From an uncultured bacterium (GTDB lineage Bacteria; Verrucomicrobiota; Verrucomicrobiia; Verrucomicrobiales; DEV007), in contig CAXBMO010000016.1 in the NCBI GenBank assembly GCA_963977015.1, positions 32,001 to 96,000 of the forward strand: a stretch of 64,000 bases of DNA, in the 5' to 3' direction. The position numbers were made by a program, and so were the translations under genes. The notes under the pieces were generated by a model, which was not told the DNA's origin, searched no databases, and was given only the letters and a program-made list of their open reading frames with translations. Of this stretch, positions 49,004 to 59,767 are shown piece by piece (the stretch's first letter is position 1; each line of letters starts with the position of its first letter).

Positions 49004-50167
49004 ATGAAATTTGCGTACACTCTCCTCGTTCTCGTCTCGGTTTTGGGGCTGACCCAATGCAAGAATGCTTCCCAGGCCCAAGGCGGTTTCTCCAAGCCTG
49101 CAGCGTTCGGCAAGAAAGCCAAGAAACAGAAACACATCGTCGATCTCGGTACGAGTTATTCCGCCAAGAACTACGATCACATCAACGACACGGCACGGTT
49201 TCTGGCCGGCATGCCGGGGGGAATCAATTCTCCGCTCGCAGACCAACGCCGGACCTCCGCGTGGCAACAACACCATGCCAGCATGGACAAGATGTTCGAT
49301 TATTTCGCGCGGTCCCGCCAGTCATCCATCATGAGCTGGCAAGGTTCCGAGTTAGGTGATGTGAGCAATCGCAACGTCTTCTATCCGTTTGGCGGCCCGG
49401 ACTACCTCTACGCACACACCTTCTTTCCGCGGGCGAGTCGTTATGTCCTCGTTGGCTTGGAGCCGGTTGGTTCCGTGCCGGATATCGCGACGCTTTCAGG
49501 CGGAGATTTGACACCGAGCTTGAACAATTTGAAGGCGTCGATGAGTTCAGCGACGAATTTCAGCTACTTCATCACGAAAGACATGCGGGCCGACCTCTCG
49601 CGGACGAGCATCAACGGAACGCTCCCGATCGTGATGACGTTCATGGCACGGACCGGGCATCGGATCCAGTCGGTGAACAAATTGAGCAGCCCGGCTCCGG
49701 GATTCCACATTCTGGCGACCGGGCCGAGCGGCGGAACGAAGAGCGTCTACTACTTTCAAAAGGATCTCTCCAACAGCGGGATTTCCGCCAACAGCAACTT
49801 TCTCAGTTTTGTGACGAGCGTGGGTGCTCCGACCACGTTTTTGAAGAGCGCGTCGTATCTGATGCATCGCAACAGCTTCTCGAACATTCGAAACGCCATT
49901 TTGAGCCGGAGCTACGCGGTGGTTCAGGATCCATCGGGCATTCCGTTCAACGCGATTGCGCAAAGCGGCTATAACGTTCGGCTTTACGGCCAGTATTCCG
50001 GGACGCTCGACATTTTTCGCGAACACTATCAGCCGGAACTCGCGAGCGGATACAGCAGCGGACAGTTTCGGGTAAAGCCACTGCCATTCGGAGTTGGTTA
50101 CAAGCAAACATCGCTGATTGTGGCGAAGCGCGGGGTTAGCCTCGACCCGATTTTGGCTCAGTATTGA
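49004..50167 (+). CDS. Conserved hypothetical lipoprotein
   Basis: Lipobox-like LTQC; ARFLAG, FYPFGGPD, GLEP, SYFITKDM, KSASYLMH, QDPSGIP and LPFGVGY. Confidence 0.75.
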   Translation: MKFAYTLLVLVSVLGLTQCKNASQAQGGFSKPAAFGKKAKKQKHIVDLGTSYSAKNYDHINDTARFLAGMPGGINSPLADQRRTSAWQQHHASMDKMFDYFARSRQSSIMSWQGSELGDVSNRNVFYPFGGPDYLYAHTFFPRASRYVLVGLEPVGSVPDIATLSGGDLTPSLNNLKASMSSATNFSYFITKDMRADLSRTSINGTLPIVMTFMARTGHRIQSVNKLSSPAPGFHILATGPSGGTKSVYYFQKDLSNSGISANSNFLSFVTSVGAPTTFLKSASYLMHRNSFSNIRNAILSRSYAVVQDPSGIPFNAIAQSGYNVRLYGQYSGTLDIFREHYQPELASGYSSGQFRVKPLPFGVGYKQTSLIVAKRGVSLDPILAQY

Positions 50168-50251
50168 TCGGAATTTCCGCAATTCGGGCTTGAGAAGGTT
50201 CACGTTTTTCGTGGGACGTGGAAAATCACGTAAATCTGGCACGTGGGAAGC

Positions 50252-50279
50252 TTGACGGCACCCTAGGCTTCCCTACAAT
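50252..50279 (+). promoter_or_regulatory. Putative sigma70 promoter upstream of the NRAMP-like transporter
   Basis: TTGACG (50252) - 16 bp - TACAAT (50274), 33 nt before the ATG. Confidence 0.55.
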
Positions 50280-50312
50280 CGCCCGACTGTTACGCACACA
50301 CCTGAAAATCCC

Positions 50313-52067
50313 ATGGACTCTGATAAACTAGCGCAAGAGCGCGCCGAACTTGCCGAGATCAATCAAAAGCCGTTTTTGAACCGTCTCGGGTATTACACCA
50401 AGAAGTCTGGCCCCGGCTGGCTCCAAGGCGCCATCACCCTCGGGGGCGGTTCGCTGGCAGGTGCGATGTATTTGGGCGTGTTCATGGGTTACAACATGAT
50501 GTGGATCCAGCCGTTGGCGATGATCCTGGGTGTGGTGATGCTGAGCGCGATTTCCTACGTGACGCTGAGCACGGGCCAACGGCCGTTTGGAGCAATTAAC
50601 GAGCATGTTTCGCCGGTCCTGGGTTGGGCCTGGCTCATTGCCGCGACCATGGCCAACATCGTTTGGTGCATGCCGCAATTTGCCCTGGGGACGGCCGCGA
50701 TTCAGCAAAACCTGGGCTTCGAGCTACCCACGGCCCTCATCTGCTTCGTCCTCCTCGGAGTCGCGTTTGCCGTGAACTTTTCGTATGAAAGCGGGAGCAA
50801 GGGAATTGCGCTCTTTGAGCTGATTCTGAAGGTTTTGGTCGGGATTGTGGTCATTTCGTTCTTCGGCGTCGTCGTCGCGCTTTCCTCCTCGGGGGTTCTC
50901 GATTGGGCTGCCGTTTTCAAAGGGATGATTCCGAATTTCGGACTCTTCAGCAGTCCGGCTCCGACCTACAACGAGTTTATCGCCGCAACGGGCGACTTTG
51001 CCTCCTACTGGACGAACAAGATCAACGCGGACCAACGCGACATCATGATCACCGCCTTCGGCACTGCCGTCGGGATCAACATGACCTTCCTCCTCCCCTA
51101 CTCCATGCTGAAAAAGAAATGGGGAACCGAGCATCGTCCGCTTGCGATTGTCGACCTGTCGATTGGTTTGATCGTTCCTTTCGTGCTCGCCACGGGCTGC
51201 GTGGTGATCGCCGCCGCGTCCCAGTTTCACACCAAGTATGACGACGTTCTCGACGAATCCGGAAATGTCCAGGCCGCCATGGCGAACGGATTCAACGGGA
51301 TCGCCGATGGCCGAATCAAGGCTGAGCTTGGTGAGAAAGCGTTCGGCATGCTTTCGGCTGACGAACTTGCAGAGATCCGAAAAGACCGCAAAGGCGCCAG
51401 CGATAGCGAAATCAAGGCGGTCCTCGCCGGCAAAGCCATCGGCGCGCTTTCCGCCGAGGAACTTGATCAGGTGCGGGCCAATCTGCCTCTCGCCGACAAG
51501 CAGATGGCCGCGATGCTGGTTCGCCGCGACAACTTCAAACTGGCAAGCGCTCTGGAGCCCTTGACCGGGAAGGCGGTTGCTCAGGTCGTCTTTGGAATCG
51601 GTGTTTTGGGAATGGCGCTTTCCACCATCATCATTTTGATGCTGATCAACGGCTTCACCTTCTGCGAGATGCTCGGCAAACCCGGAAATCGCGCGATTCA
51701 CCTGACCGGTTGTCTCGTCGCCGGAATTGCCGGGTTCATGGGGCCGTTCCTCTGGGGCAACGCCAATGCCAAAGCCGCGCTCGCCATTCCGACCTCCGTC
51801 ATTGGCTTCAGCATGCTGCCGATCGCCTACTTCACCTTCCTCCTGCTCATGAACAGCAAGAAAGTCCTGGGATCGAACATGCCCAAGGCGGGCTCCAAGA
51901 TCGCCTGGGATGTGCTCATGACGATTTCGACGCTTGTGGCGACGATGGGCTCTGTCTGGGTCCTCTCCAGCAAAGGGTTCTGGGGCCAGGTCGGCATCGC
52001 CGTTTTGGTCGCACTTTTCGTCATCGGGCTCATCGGCTTCCTTTCGAAGAACAAGAAGTCGGCGTAG
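50313..52067 (+). CDS. NRAMP-family (divalent metal cation) transporter-like protein
   Basis: SGPGWLQGAITLGGGS, AVGINMTFL.PY, about 11-12 TM helices. It lacks the canonical DPGN motif, so the substrate is uncertain. Confidence 0.78.
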   Translation: MDSDKLAQERAELAEINQKPFLNRLGYYTKKSGPGWLQGAITLGGGSLAGAMYLGVFMGYNMMWIQPLAMILGVVMLSAISYVTLSTGQRPFGAINEHVSPVLGWAWLIAATMANIVWCMPQFALGTAAIQQNLGFELPTALICFVLLGVAFAVNFSYESGSKGIALFELILKVLVGIVVISFFGVVVALSSSGVLDWAAVFKGMIPNFGLFSSPAPTYNEFIAATGDFASYWTNKINADQRDIMITAFGTAVGINMTFLLPYSMLKKKWGTEHRPLAIVDLSIGLIVPFVLATGCVVIAAASQFHTKYDDVLDESGNVQAAMANGFNGIADGRIKAELGEKAFGMLSADELAEIRKDRKGASDSEIKAVLAGKAIGALSAEELDQVRANLPLADKQMAAMLVRRDNFKLASALEPLTGKAVAQVVFGIGVLGMALSTIIILMLINGFTFCEMLGKPGNRAIHLTGCLVAGIAGFMGPFLWGNANAKAALAIPTSVIGFSMLPIAYFTFLLLMNSKKVLGSNMPKAGSKIAWDVLMTISTLVATMGSVWVLSSKGFWGQVGIAVLVALFVIGLIGFLSKNKKSA

Positions 52068-52112
52068 ATTCATCTCGATTGCTTTGAGCTCAGAAGTCCG
52101 TTAGTTTCCAGA

Positions 52113-52697
52113 ATGGCCCGAATTTTAAAAGGAGCCGCGCTTGGAAAGCACGTTCACCCGATCTCCGTTGCGTTTTATCACGAAGCGGGAAATCTCGGTT
52201 TGATCGATGAACAGGTGGAACTGTTGCAGGGAGTTCTTTTCGACAAGATGTCCAAATCACCTCTCCACTACGCGATTTTTCAGAGGCTTCTGGGGATGCT
52301 GAACGCATTGAGCCTCGACGGATATTGCATTCGGTCAGAAGGGCCAATCACGACAACTGATTCCGAGCCCGAACCTGACCTGGCCGTTTGCAAAGGGAGT
52401 GAGAACGACTTTTTCGATTCCCACCCGACAACCGCTGAACTGGTGATTGAGGTCGCGATCAGCTCCTTGGAGATCGACCGCAAAAAGGCCGAGATTTATG
52501 CAGCGGCCGGCGTCACGGAATATTGGATCGTGATGCCGAAGACCAAAGCCATCGAGGTGTATACAAAGCCTTCCTCCGACCACTACGAATCCATCAAAAC
52601 GTTCGAAGGATCGACAACGGTGGCTTCTTTGGTGTTTCCGGAGCTGTCCGTGCAGCTGCCTGATCTCTTTTTGCCGCCGAAGGAGTTAGCGAAATAG
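52113..52697 (+). CDS. Uma2 family (PD-(D/E)XK) endonuclease
   Basis: VELLQG, SEPEPDLAV, LVIEVA.SSL..DR.K..IYA.AGV.EYWIV. Confidence 0.92.
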   Translation: MARILKGAALGKHVHPISVAFYHEAGNLGLIDEQVELLQGVLFDKMSKSPLHYAIFQRLLGMLNALSLDGYCIRSEGPITTTDSEPEPDLAVCKGSENDFFDSHPTTAELVIEVAISSLEIDRKKAEIYAAAGVTEYWIVMPKTKAIEVYTKPSSDHYESIKTFEGSTTVASLVFPELSVQLPDLFLPPKELAK

Positions 52698-52703
52698 AAG
52701 CGA

Positions 52704-53789
52704 CTAATTCGGCTTCATCACCAGCCCACCTCCCCCAACATAGGTCGCCAAGTAGGGATGGCTTCCACCTTTCTTCCAAAGTAGGAGGAAAAATGGATGG
52801 TCGAAGACCAACTTCCTTGGCTCCCCCTTTCCAAGCTTACCTGGTCCACCAAGAAAACCGGGAGGAACAAGAAACGACCGAGTTTCCATTTCCGCTCCTG
52901 ATTCATTGAGTTCAAGCTCAACCAACTGCAAGGCCGCATGAAAACGGTGATCATACGGATCTCCAGGCCCACGAAACCCTCCGTTAAGCAATGGGAGAAA
53001 ATTCGCCTGATTTGCCAGAGCTAAATAGGGAACCAGCAACGTATCATCGCCGTCCAAACGAGATTCAGGCTTCTTGGCATTGCCACCCAATTTCCGAACC
53101 AAATCGATCGCTCGGGCTATAGAATCGATCCGAGAATCCATCACCAAGAACATCGATTGATCGGCTTCTTTGAGCCTCAACCTCACTGCGATCAGCTCAC
53201 CCGGTTCATAGGCAAGAACCCATCCCGCGCCCGCATATTGAGGTTTTAGAGATCCATACGAACCAAAATATCGGACCGACTCCTCGCGACCATCAGTAAA
53301 CTTAAACGGAGCAGGTCCTGGTGCATACTCGCGAAAAGGAAGCTCGAACTCAACGCTTTGCTTCATCACGGTGAGACAGCAAATTCCTTGCGCCATCGGC
53401 ACATTCCAATCCTTAGGATTAAGTTTTGGAGTTCCCGGCCCAAAGGCTTGATCGATAATTCGATTTGCGGTTCGCGCGAATTCCGGACCTTTCCCTCCAA
53501 CGACCGAAATTGAAGTTCCAATTGGTATGGTTGCATTCGCGTCCCACTCGAAAGCATCCAATACTTCTGAGGTTGGGGTCACCAAATCGATCTTCTTCAG
53601 ATTGAACATCCCGCGAACTTCATCCCAACAACGTTGAAATCCCGGCGTCCAAATGGTAGTTGCTCCTTTCGGCAAAACCTCATCCAGATCCAAGGTCTGC
53701 CGAACCATCCTGTCATCTGCGCGTGTAACCGTTATGGACCCAAAATACATCACGATCACCATCCATCGTTTCCAATCTCCCAAGGTCAT
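52704..53789 (-). CDS. Secreted divergent serpin-like protein
   Basis: Signal peptide; C-terminal ALQLVELELNESGAE...PRKLVFDHPFFLLL resembles serpin strand 5A/hinge and the FDHPF signature. Confidence 0.62.
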   Translation of the reverse strand: MTLGDWKRWMVIVMYFGSITVTRADDRMVRQTLDLDEVLPKGATTIWTPGFQRCWDEVRGMFNLKKIDLVTPTSEVLDAFEWDANATIPIGTSISVVGGKGPEFARTANRIIDQAFGPGTPKLNPKDWNVPMAQGICCLTVMKQSVEFELPFREYAPGPAPFKFTDGREESVRYFGSYGSLKPQYAGAGWVLAYEPGELIAVRLRLKEADQSMFLVMDSRIDSIARAIDLVRKLGGNAKKPESRLDGDDTLLVPYLALANQANFLPLLNGGFRGPGDPYDHRFHAALQLVELELNESGAEMETRSFLVPPGFLGGPGKLGKGEPRKLVFDHPFFLLLWKKGGSHPYLATYVGGGGLVMKPN

Positions 53790-53884
53790 TCTGCAATGAT
53801 GACGGATCTTTCGTGGACCGACAAGATCCGATTCAACTTTGGAAACTGCTTGAAACCGCAACCTTCCAACCGGAAAACTGCATC

Positions 53885-54928
53885 ATGAAATTCGGAATCA
53901 TCGGTGCTGGCATGATTGCCAACTTCCACGCCAAGGCGATCCAGGCAATGGAGGGTGGAGAGTTGCTCTCTGTGTATGGACGGAACGCGGAAAAGGCGGA
54001 AGCGACGGCTCAGGAACACGGTGTGAAGGCGTTTAGCGATCTGGATGCGTTTCTCGGCGATCCGGAGTTGGATATCGTGACGATTGCGACGCCGTCCGGC
54101 GCGCATCTTGAGCCAGCTGTGGCCGCGGCGAAGGCCGGGAAGCACGTGATTGTGGAGAAACCACTCGAGGTGACTCCCGAGCGGATCGATACGATGCTGG
54201 CGGCGGCGAAAGAGACGGGCGTGACGGTTTCGGGAATCTTCAACCGACGCTTTCATCCCGCGATGGAGGCGTTCAAAAAGGCGGTCGATGACGGGCGTTT
54301 TGGCAAGCTGACGATGTGTGATGCCTATGTGAAATGGTATCGCGATCAGGCGTATTACGACAGCGGCGCCTGGCGCGGAACCTGGGCACTCGACGGCGGT
54401 GGGGCGTTCATGAACCAGGGCATCCACACGATCGATCAGTTGCTCTACCTCGCCGGAGACGTGAAGTGCGTTTCCGCGAGCACCGGCTGCCTCACCCATA
54501 CCGGCATTGAGGTCGAGGATACTGGGGTCGCGATTCTGGAGTTTGTGAATGGCGCCCGTGGGGTGATTCAGTGCGCGACCTCCTGCTGGTCTTCAACCGG
54601 ACATCCCGCCGAGGTTCATCTCTGTGGTGAGAAGGGTTCGGTTTTTCTTGCCGACGAACAATTCCGGACCTGGGATTTCAAGGATCCAGCACCTCAGGAT
54701 GACGAAGTGAAAGCGACGATGATGCAGGGGGCGGAAGTCGCGGGAATGGGAGCGAACGATCCCAACGCGATCAATTTCACCGGACACCAACGCAATTTCG
54801 AAGACGTGGTCAGTGCGATTCAGGAAGGACGAGAGCCTTCCGTTTCCGGTCAGGAAGCCCGACGCGCCGTCGCCTTGATTTGCGCCATGTACGAAAGCGC
54901 GAAGACGGGTCAGCGAGTCGATCTCTGA
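53885..54928 (+). CDS. Gfo/Idh/MocA oxidoreductase
   Basis: GIIGAGMIA, ATPSGAH, VEKPL and DGGGAFMNQGIH. Confidence 0.92.
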   Translation: MKFGIIGAGMIANFHAKAIQAMEGGELLSVYGRNAEKAEATAQEHGVKAFSDLDAFLGDPELDIVTIATPSGAHLEPAVAAAKAGKHVIVEKPLEVTPERIDTMLAAAKETGVTVSGIFNRRFHPAMEAFKKAVDDGRFGKLTMCDAYVKWYRDQAYYDSGAWRGTWALDGGGAFMNQGIHTIDQLLYLAGDVKCVSASTGCLTHTGIEVEDTGVAILEFVNGARGVIQCATSCWSSTGHPAEVHLCGEKGSVFLADEQFRTWDFKDPAPQDDEVKATMMQGAEVAGMGANDPNAINFTGHQRNFEDVVSAIQEGREPSVSGQEARRAVALICAMYESAKTGQRVDL

Positions 54929-54940
54929 GGCTCAGCTACG

Positions 54941-55462
54941 CTAAAACTTGTAGCCGTAGATTTCGAGATCTCGTTGATGAACCGCATCGACGAGAGCCTT
55001 GCTCTCTTCATCAAAGTAGGAGCGGTAATCCCGGTTGCGCTTGCTTTTCCCGGTATGCGGAAGGTCGAGGTCGAGACCGAGGCGATTCTTGATTTCCACC
55101 CACCCGTCCTGCAGATTTTCGAAGCGACCGACGAAGTCGAGTTCTTCATCCAACCAGTAATCATGATACGCTTTCTGGAGCGAAGTGATGTTGGCCACGA
55201 AGTCGCGAAACGTGCTGTCCGGCATGAGGCGATCCTTGAACTTGCGCATGGAAACCATGCGATCATAGGGGTTCCTCACAAACCCGAACTTAAAGTACTC
55301 ATCCCAGTATTCCGCATAGCGTTTCCGGGCATGGGAAGCACGCAGGTGCTTGGCTTCCGCGTCAATTTTCCAGAAATCGCGTCCAAACAAGGCCTTCTCC
55401 ATCGAGGTCATTCCCGTCCGCGGAATGTGGATCCCGATTAACTTTCGCTCGTGACAAATCAT
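54941..55462 (-). CDS. Sulfotransferase family 2 protein
   Basis: HIPRTGMTS (5'-PSB), FVRNPYDRMVS (3'-PB), FVGRFENL, D...GY.F. Confidence 0.85.
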   Translation of the reverse strand: MICHERKLIGIHIPRTGMTSMEKALFGRDFWKIDAEAKHLRASHARKRYAEYWDEYFKFGFVRNPYDRMVSMRKFKDRLMPDSTFRDFVANITSLQKAYHDYWLDEELDFVGRFENLQDGWVEIKNRLGLDLDLPHTGKSKRNRDYRSYFDEESKALVDAVHQRDLEIYGYKF

Positions 55463-55509
55463 CAGTCCTCACACTGGACCTGATTGACGGGCAGATTTCA
55501 AGTCTGCGG

Positions 55510-56352
55510 TCACTTACAAAGATGCGGAGGATGGAGGCTCCACTGGCAGCCTTGAACCCAAAATGCGCCAAACTTGTCTTTGTCGATACCGGGAATCAGT
55601 CCGCTTTCCCCAATGGGAGGGTCGAATTTGCGATCGACATAAAGCTCCACATCGGTCGCCTTGATCTTGTTGCCCAGGTCGTAGTGAAGATCCTCGCAGA
55701 CGCGCACAAACGTCACTTCGATCACGTCTTTGAGTCCGAAACTCTTCTTGATGGAGTCCGTGTAGGAGCCGAGCACCGGATGGGTGAAAACCTCGCGGAT
55801 TGCGTCGATCCGCGGTTTTGCCTCCGGCCCCAGCTTGCGCCGCTTCCGTTCTGTCAGCTTGACCAGGGGCGTTCCCGGAAAATCGAACAGCTCATCGATC
55901 ATAAACCCTTTCCGGCTCATCACGAGATTGGCGAAGTACTTGTTGATCGCTCCAACCCAACCCAACAACACGCCGCGGGGATCCTTGAGATAGAGCGAAA
56001 CTGGGTAATTGCGGGGTTCATCTCCACAGCCGCGCGCATACGGAATGACACAGGCCGCTTCGAGGTAATTCAAATTCCGGGGCAGCACCGGAATGTCAGG
56101 AACCGGGCTGACGCCGTGATAGTTGCCGCAAAGAAACAGCACGGGGTGGAAATCCTCGTCCGGCCGAATCGCTTCCGGAATGGATTCATTCGGCATCAAC
56201 CCTACAAAGTCGGGCAAACACTCTCGAAGCGTTTCCTTATCGACTTCCCGAAGGATGACCCAAGTGTCGAGTTTCCCCTCGTAGTGAAAGTCTTCTTTGA
56301 CTTCGAATTCGGGCTGCGGGACGCGGAAAAGGGGCGAGGTCTGAAGTTTCAT
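55510..56352 (-). CDS. Acetoacetate-decarboxylase-like (ADC superfamily) protein
   Basis: HPVLFL, YLEAACVIPY and LLGWVGAINK resemble the ADC Y-x-E and G...G..K motifs; ATGA overlap with the upstream gene. Confidence 0.6.
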   Translation of the reverse strand: MKLQTSPLFRVPQPEFEVKEDFHYEGKLDTWVILREVDKETLRECLPDFVGLMPNESIPEAIRPDEDFHPVLFLCGNYHGVSPVPDIPVLPRNLNYLEAACVIPYARGCGDEPRNYPVSLYLKDPRGVLLGWVGAINKYFANLVMSRKGFMIDELFDFPGTPLVKLTERKRRKLGPEAKPRIDAIREVFTHPVLGSYTDSIKKSFGLKDVIEVTFVRVCEDLHYDLGNKIKATDVELYVDRKFDPPIGESGLIPGIDKDKFGAFWVQGCQWSLHPPHLCK

Positions 56353-57503
56353 GGATGATTCAAGAGTTCGGGCGAATGTTGGTTGGATGAAAAGTTCGGG
56401 CTTGGCTCGGCTGCTTTCGAACGTTGATCGAGAATGCGTCGAGCCATTGGAAAGACAAGCCGATTCAGGGCGGAAGGCGCACAAAGCCCATGCAGGTAGT
56501 TCTGCAAATTGCGACTTCGCGAAGCGGTTGCGAGGATGGCTCGATAACCGGCGTGCCCCAGCGTTTCCCACGCCCAACGATTCACCACCCCGGCCCGAAC
56601 CAAGGGCGTAAACCGGGACTCCGCCACCGCCTCGTAGTCCAACTGATTCAGCAGGCCTTGGGCGGCGAGAAAGCCGGATGTCATCGCATTGCGAACTCCG
56701 AATCCCCAGAGCGGATCCTGAAGACCGGCGGCCTCGCCGGCAAAGAACTGGTCACCACCGGAAAAACGCGGAGCCGCGCTGTAGGTCGTGAATCCCCCGG
56801 TCGAGTTCCCACCTTCCAGGTCGATTCCGGAAACGCGGCTCAGCTTCGCTTTGGCGATTTCCAACTGTTGTCGAGCCGTCGAAAAATCGGCGAAGAGAAT
56901 GGAGGCGAGACAGCCATGTCCTCCAGCAATCAGCAAATAGGCGTATCCTTTTGAAGCCGCCGAATTGTCGAGCAAGACATAAGCCTGATCTTCGAGATCG
57001 GTCTCAAACACCTCACTCACCGCCAAACCTCGCTTTGGTTTCCCGACCGGCCCCGAAGTCACCAGATTCGCCTCCTCATCCGCAATGGGCTGCTCAAACT
57101 GAAGCCGGACTCCTGCCTGCAACGCCTGTCTTTGGAGGCTCTGATCGAGCGAATCCCAAGCCGAACCACGTTGGATCACATAAAAGATGGTCGAATTTCG
57201 CCCCATCATGACGCTTCGCTCGCGATCGTCAATGCCGAGAGCTTTCTGGAACGGGCGCGCCATGAAATCGGCCTCAATCCCCCAGTCGCGCAGGTCATCC
57301 AGGAAATCCGTCGTTCCCAACCAGTTTTCCACCCCCTGCAGATCCCCATGAAACCGCGCACCACAATCCTTCCGGCTCTCAAACACCTCCACAACAGCAC
57401 CTTCACGCGCCAGCGCAATGGCAGCCGTCAATCCCGCAGGGCCTGCGCCCTTGATCCGAAAATCCGCCTTCACAGATTGTCCCGGAAATATTTGCGTTTC
57501 CAA
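56349..57503 (-). CDS. FAD-dependent oxidoreductase (geranylgeranyl-reductase-like)
   Basis: GAGPAG...VFE, KGYAYL and [18 protein letters not shown]. Confidence 0.82.
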   Translation of the reverse strand: METQIFPGQSVKADFRIKGAGPAGLTAAIALAREGAVVEVFESRKDCGARFHGDLQGVENWLGTTDFLDDLRDWGIEADFMARPFQKALGIDDRERSVMMGRNSTIFYVIQRGSAWDSLDQSLQRQALQAGVRLQFEQPIADEEANLVTSGPVGKPKRGLAVSEVFETDLEDQAYVLLDNSAASKGYAYLLIAGGHGCLASILFADFSTARQQLEIAKAKLSRVSGIDLEGGNSTGGFTTYSAAPRFSGGDQFFAGEAAGLQDPLWGFGVRNAMTSGFLAAQGLLNQLDYEAVAESRFTPLVRAGVVNRWAWETLGHAGYRAILATASRSRNLQNYLHGLCAPSALNRLVFPMARRILDQRSKAAEPSPNFSSNQHSPELLNHP

Positions 57504-59767
57504 CGGCGAAACAGTTGGGCGGTCTTGGATCCCGGGTAGCGATCGCGCTCGCTGAAGATGACCGCCGGATAACCGGAGATCGCTCGCGACGCCTGTTTGC
57601 CTGATGTCACCGTGCTTTCCACCGCCCCCACATTGATCCCGTTATCAATCCAGTCCCCAGCCAAAACCAGGTTGCGGAATCCGGACTCATCGGCGCGCAT
57701 CCGGCGCTTGCTACTACCCGGAATACTCAGCACATAGCGATCGGCGGGATTGATGTTTGGCCGAAAGTACTGGGAATCAAAGGGCCCCGCACCAAAATCG
57801 GCCAAATTGCTCCAATCAAATTTCCCTTCCGCGTCAACCACGTTGGGCCAGAGTTTGTGGGCGTGTTCCTCCAAAAACTTGCGGCCCAGCTCCTTGACCC
57901 GCTCCCGTTCCCGCACCGGAACGTGATCGCCTACCATGTCCGGCGCATCGGTCAGGGAGTCGAGCAGATACGCGAGATGGCCAACGCCGGCGGCTGATGG
58001 AAGATTCTCCCGCTTCGCCACCTGGTCATAATCCGCCCAGGTGTCGACCGGCCGACGAAATCCGAGCTCAATGAGCGGGTGAACCGATTTCCAGCCCAGC
58101 TCGCGAACCGTTTTCGTGACCCAAAGCTGAATGTTGAGCGTCTGGATGGTGCGCAGGGAATCGGGACGCCCTTTCTCCAACATCCAGGCCCATCGCTGGC
58201 TCCGCGCCGACAACTCCGTGCAGATGGAAGGAAGCGCACCAACCGGAATCGCGAGAACCACCTGGTCAAAATCCTCGCCACGCTTCAGCGTGATTTGCTT
58301 GTCCCAGGACTGCTCCGGCATCCATCCGCTTTCGAGATCAATGTTCTTCTCCGCATGCAGCTGCTTTAACGATTCTGCCTGAGCAGGATCGATCAGATCA
58401 TACTTGGGCTCGGCCGGCCAACAATTGAGGATTCCTTTCGGATCGGGAATCGGGACCAACGGGTCATAACTTTCGATCGCTGCGCCGTCTTTCAGGTCGA
58501 CCTGCTGCCGAATCGCAATGGTGCCGATGTTCCTTCCCTCCAATCCCAGATTCTCGACCTTGTGGAAAAACTTGAACTTCACTCCACGCGCTTTGAGCGC
58601 CTCATACAGCGGCGTGATCACCGCCTCCCCCATTCCCGCCTGCATCTTCCAAACGAACGCACCGCGGTAATCGAGGAACAATCGCAGCGAAAACCGGACC
58701 GCAACGCCGGCGGAGAGTTTTCGCTGACCGTCGTCGTCAGGATTGTAGGCGAGTGGAACGGCGTAAAGCGCTCGCATCAGAGCCGAATCGGTTACCATCT
58801 CCGGCGCACCGTATTTCTTGATCCAGTCCGTGAACTCGTGCTGATCCAGACAATCGAAGCCTTTGAGAAAGGCGCCCTCCCTGAGAATTCCACGTGCAAT
58901 GGCAGTGGCGAACCGAACCTCGATCAGGAAATGGCGGCGCTCGCTATCATCCAAGTTTGCTTCATCCGCGATTTTCTCGCTGTCTTCCTCGATCCGGCCA
59001 ATCAACCAAAGGATACTGCGTCGCGCACGACGGGTGACGGGCGCATCCGGAAAATTTTTCGCGATGTCATAGGCCAGATCCGCCGCATTTCGCGGGTCGG
59101 TAATCACGGCGTCGAGATTCCGGATCACCTTGATCGCGAATCGAACCACGCGGGGGATGAACCGCTCGTCCCGACCAAAAATAATCGAGCTGTCGCTGGC
59201 ATGCACCGCATCCACCCGGTCTTTCAGCCACGCGAGGAGCAGGAGGAGAAGCGCCCAGATCGTCGGTCCCTTGTCTCCGGCCCGGCTTCGTTTTCCTGGC
59301 ACGGTCCGAGTATCTTCCGGCATTCCGAAATCCCAGGACTTCCAAACTCCGTCCTTTTCTTCCATGAAGGAGAAGGTCGCTTTGTTTTCCCCACCCAAGG
59401 CATTGCGCAGCGGTTGAAACGCGGGATCGCGAACGCCGGTGGGATCCGGGAAACAGGTCGAAAGGGGCTCGTCAGCGCCGCGATTCAGCTCCTGAAAGCA
59501 ATCGTCCAGCATGTGGAAGGCATTTTCATAGCAGCCTGCCAGGTAGTGAATCCCATGTTCCAGACTGCGATTCATCACCTGACCATCCGGACCGACCTCG
59601 TGTGTTCGGCCGCTGGCACACTTCCCACCCAACCTCCATCCCATCTGATAGACGGTGATGTCGTATTGCTTCGGATTCTTGGGATCGCTCAGGTAAAACG
59701 CCGATGTCAGCCCGCCAATTCCTCCCCCAAGGATGGCAATTTTCGATTTTGAAGTTGAATCGCTCAT
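57470..59767 (-). CDS. FAD/NAD(P)-binding oxidoreductase (amine oxidase/carotenoid desaturase fold)
   Basis: [47 protein letters not shown] and VESTVTSG. Confidence 0.85.
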   Translation of the reverse strand: MSDSTSKSKIAILGGGIGGLTSAFYLSDPKNPKQYDITVYQMGWRLGGKCASGRTHEVGPDGQVMNRSLEHGIHYLAGCYENAFHMLDDCFQELNRGADEPLSTCFPDPTGVRDPAFQPLRNALGGENKATFSFMEEKDGVWKSWDFGMPEDTRTVPGKRSRAGDKGPTIWALLLLLLAWLKDRVDAVHASDSSIIFGRDERFIPRVVRFAIKVIRNLDAVITDPRNAADLAYDIAKNFPDAPVTRRARRSILWLIGRIEEDSEKIADEANLDDSERRHFLIEVRFATAIARGILREGAFLKGFDCLDQHEFTDWIKKYGAPEMVTDSALMRALYAVPLAYNPDDDGQRKLSAGVAVRFSLRLFLDYRGAFVWKMQAGMGEAVITPLYEALKARGVKFKFFHKVENLGLEGRNIGTIAIRQQVDLKDGAAIESYDPLVPIPDPKGILNCWPAEPKYDLIDPAQAESLKQLHAEKNIDLESGWMPEQSWDKQITLKRGEDFDQVVLAIPVGALPSICTELSARSQRWAWMLEKGRPDSLRTIQTLNIQLWVTKTVRELGWKSVHPLIELGFRRPVDTWADYDQVAKRENLPSAAGVGHLAYLLDSLTDAPDMVGDHVPVRERERVKELGRKFLEEHAHKLWPNVVDAEGKFDWSNLADFGAGPFDSQYFRPNINPADRYVLSIPGSSKRRMRADESGFRNLVLAGDWIDNGINVGAVESTVTSGKQASRAISGYPAVIFSERDRYPGSKTAQLFRRWKRKYFRDNL

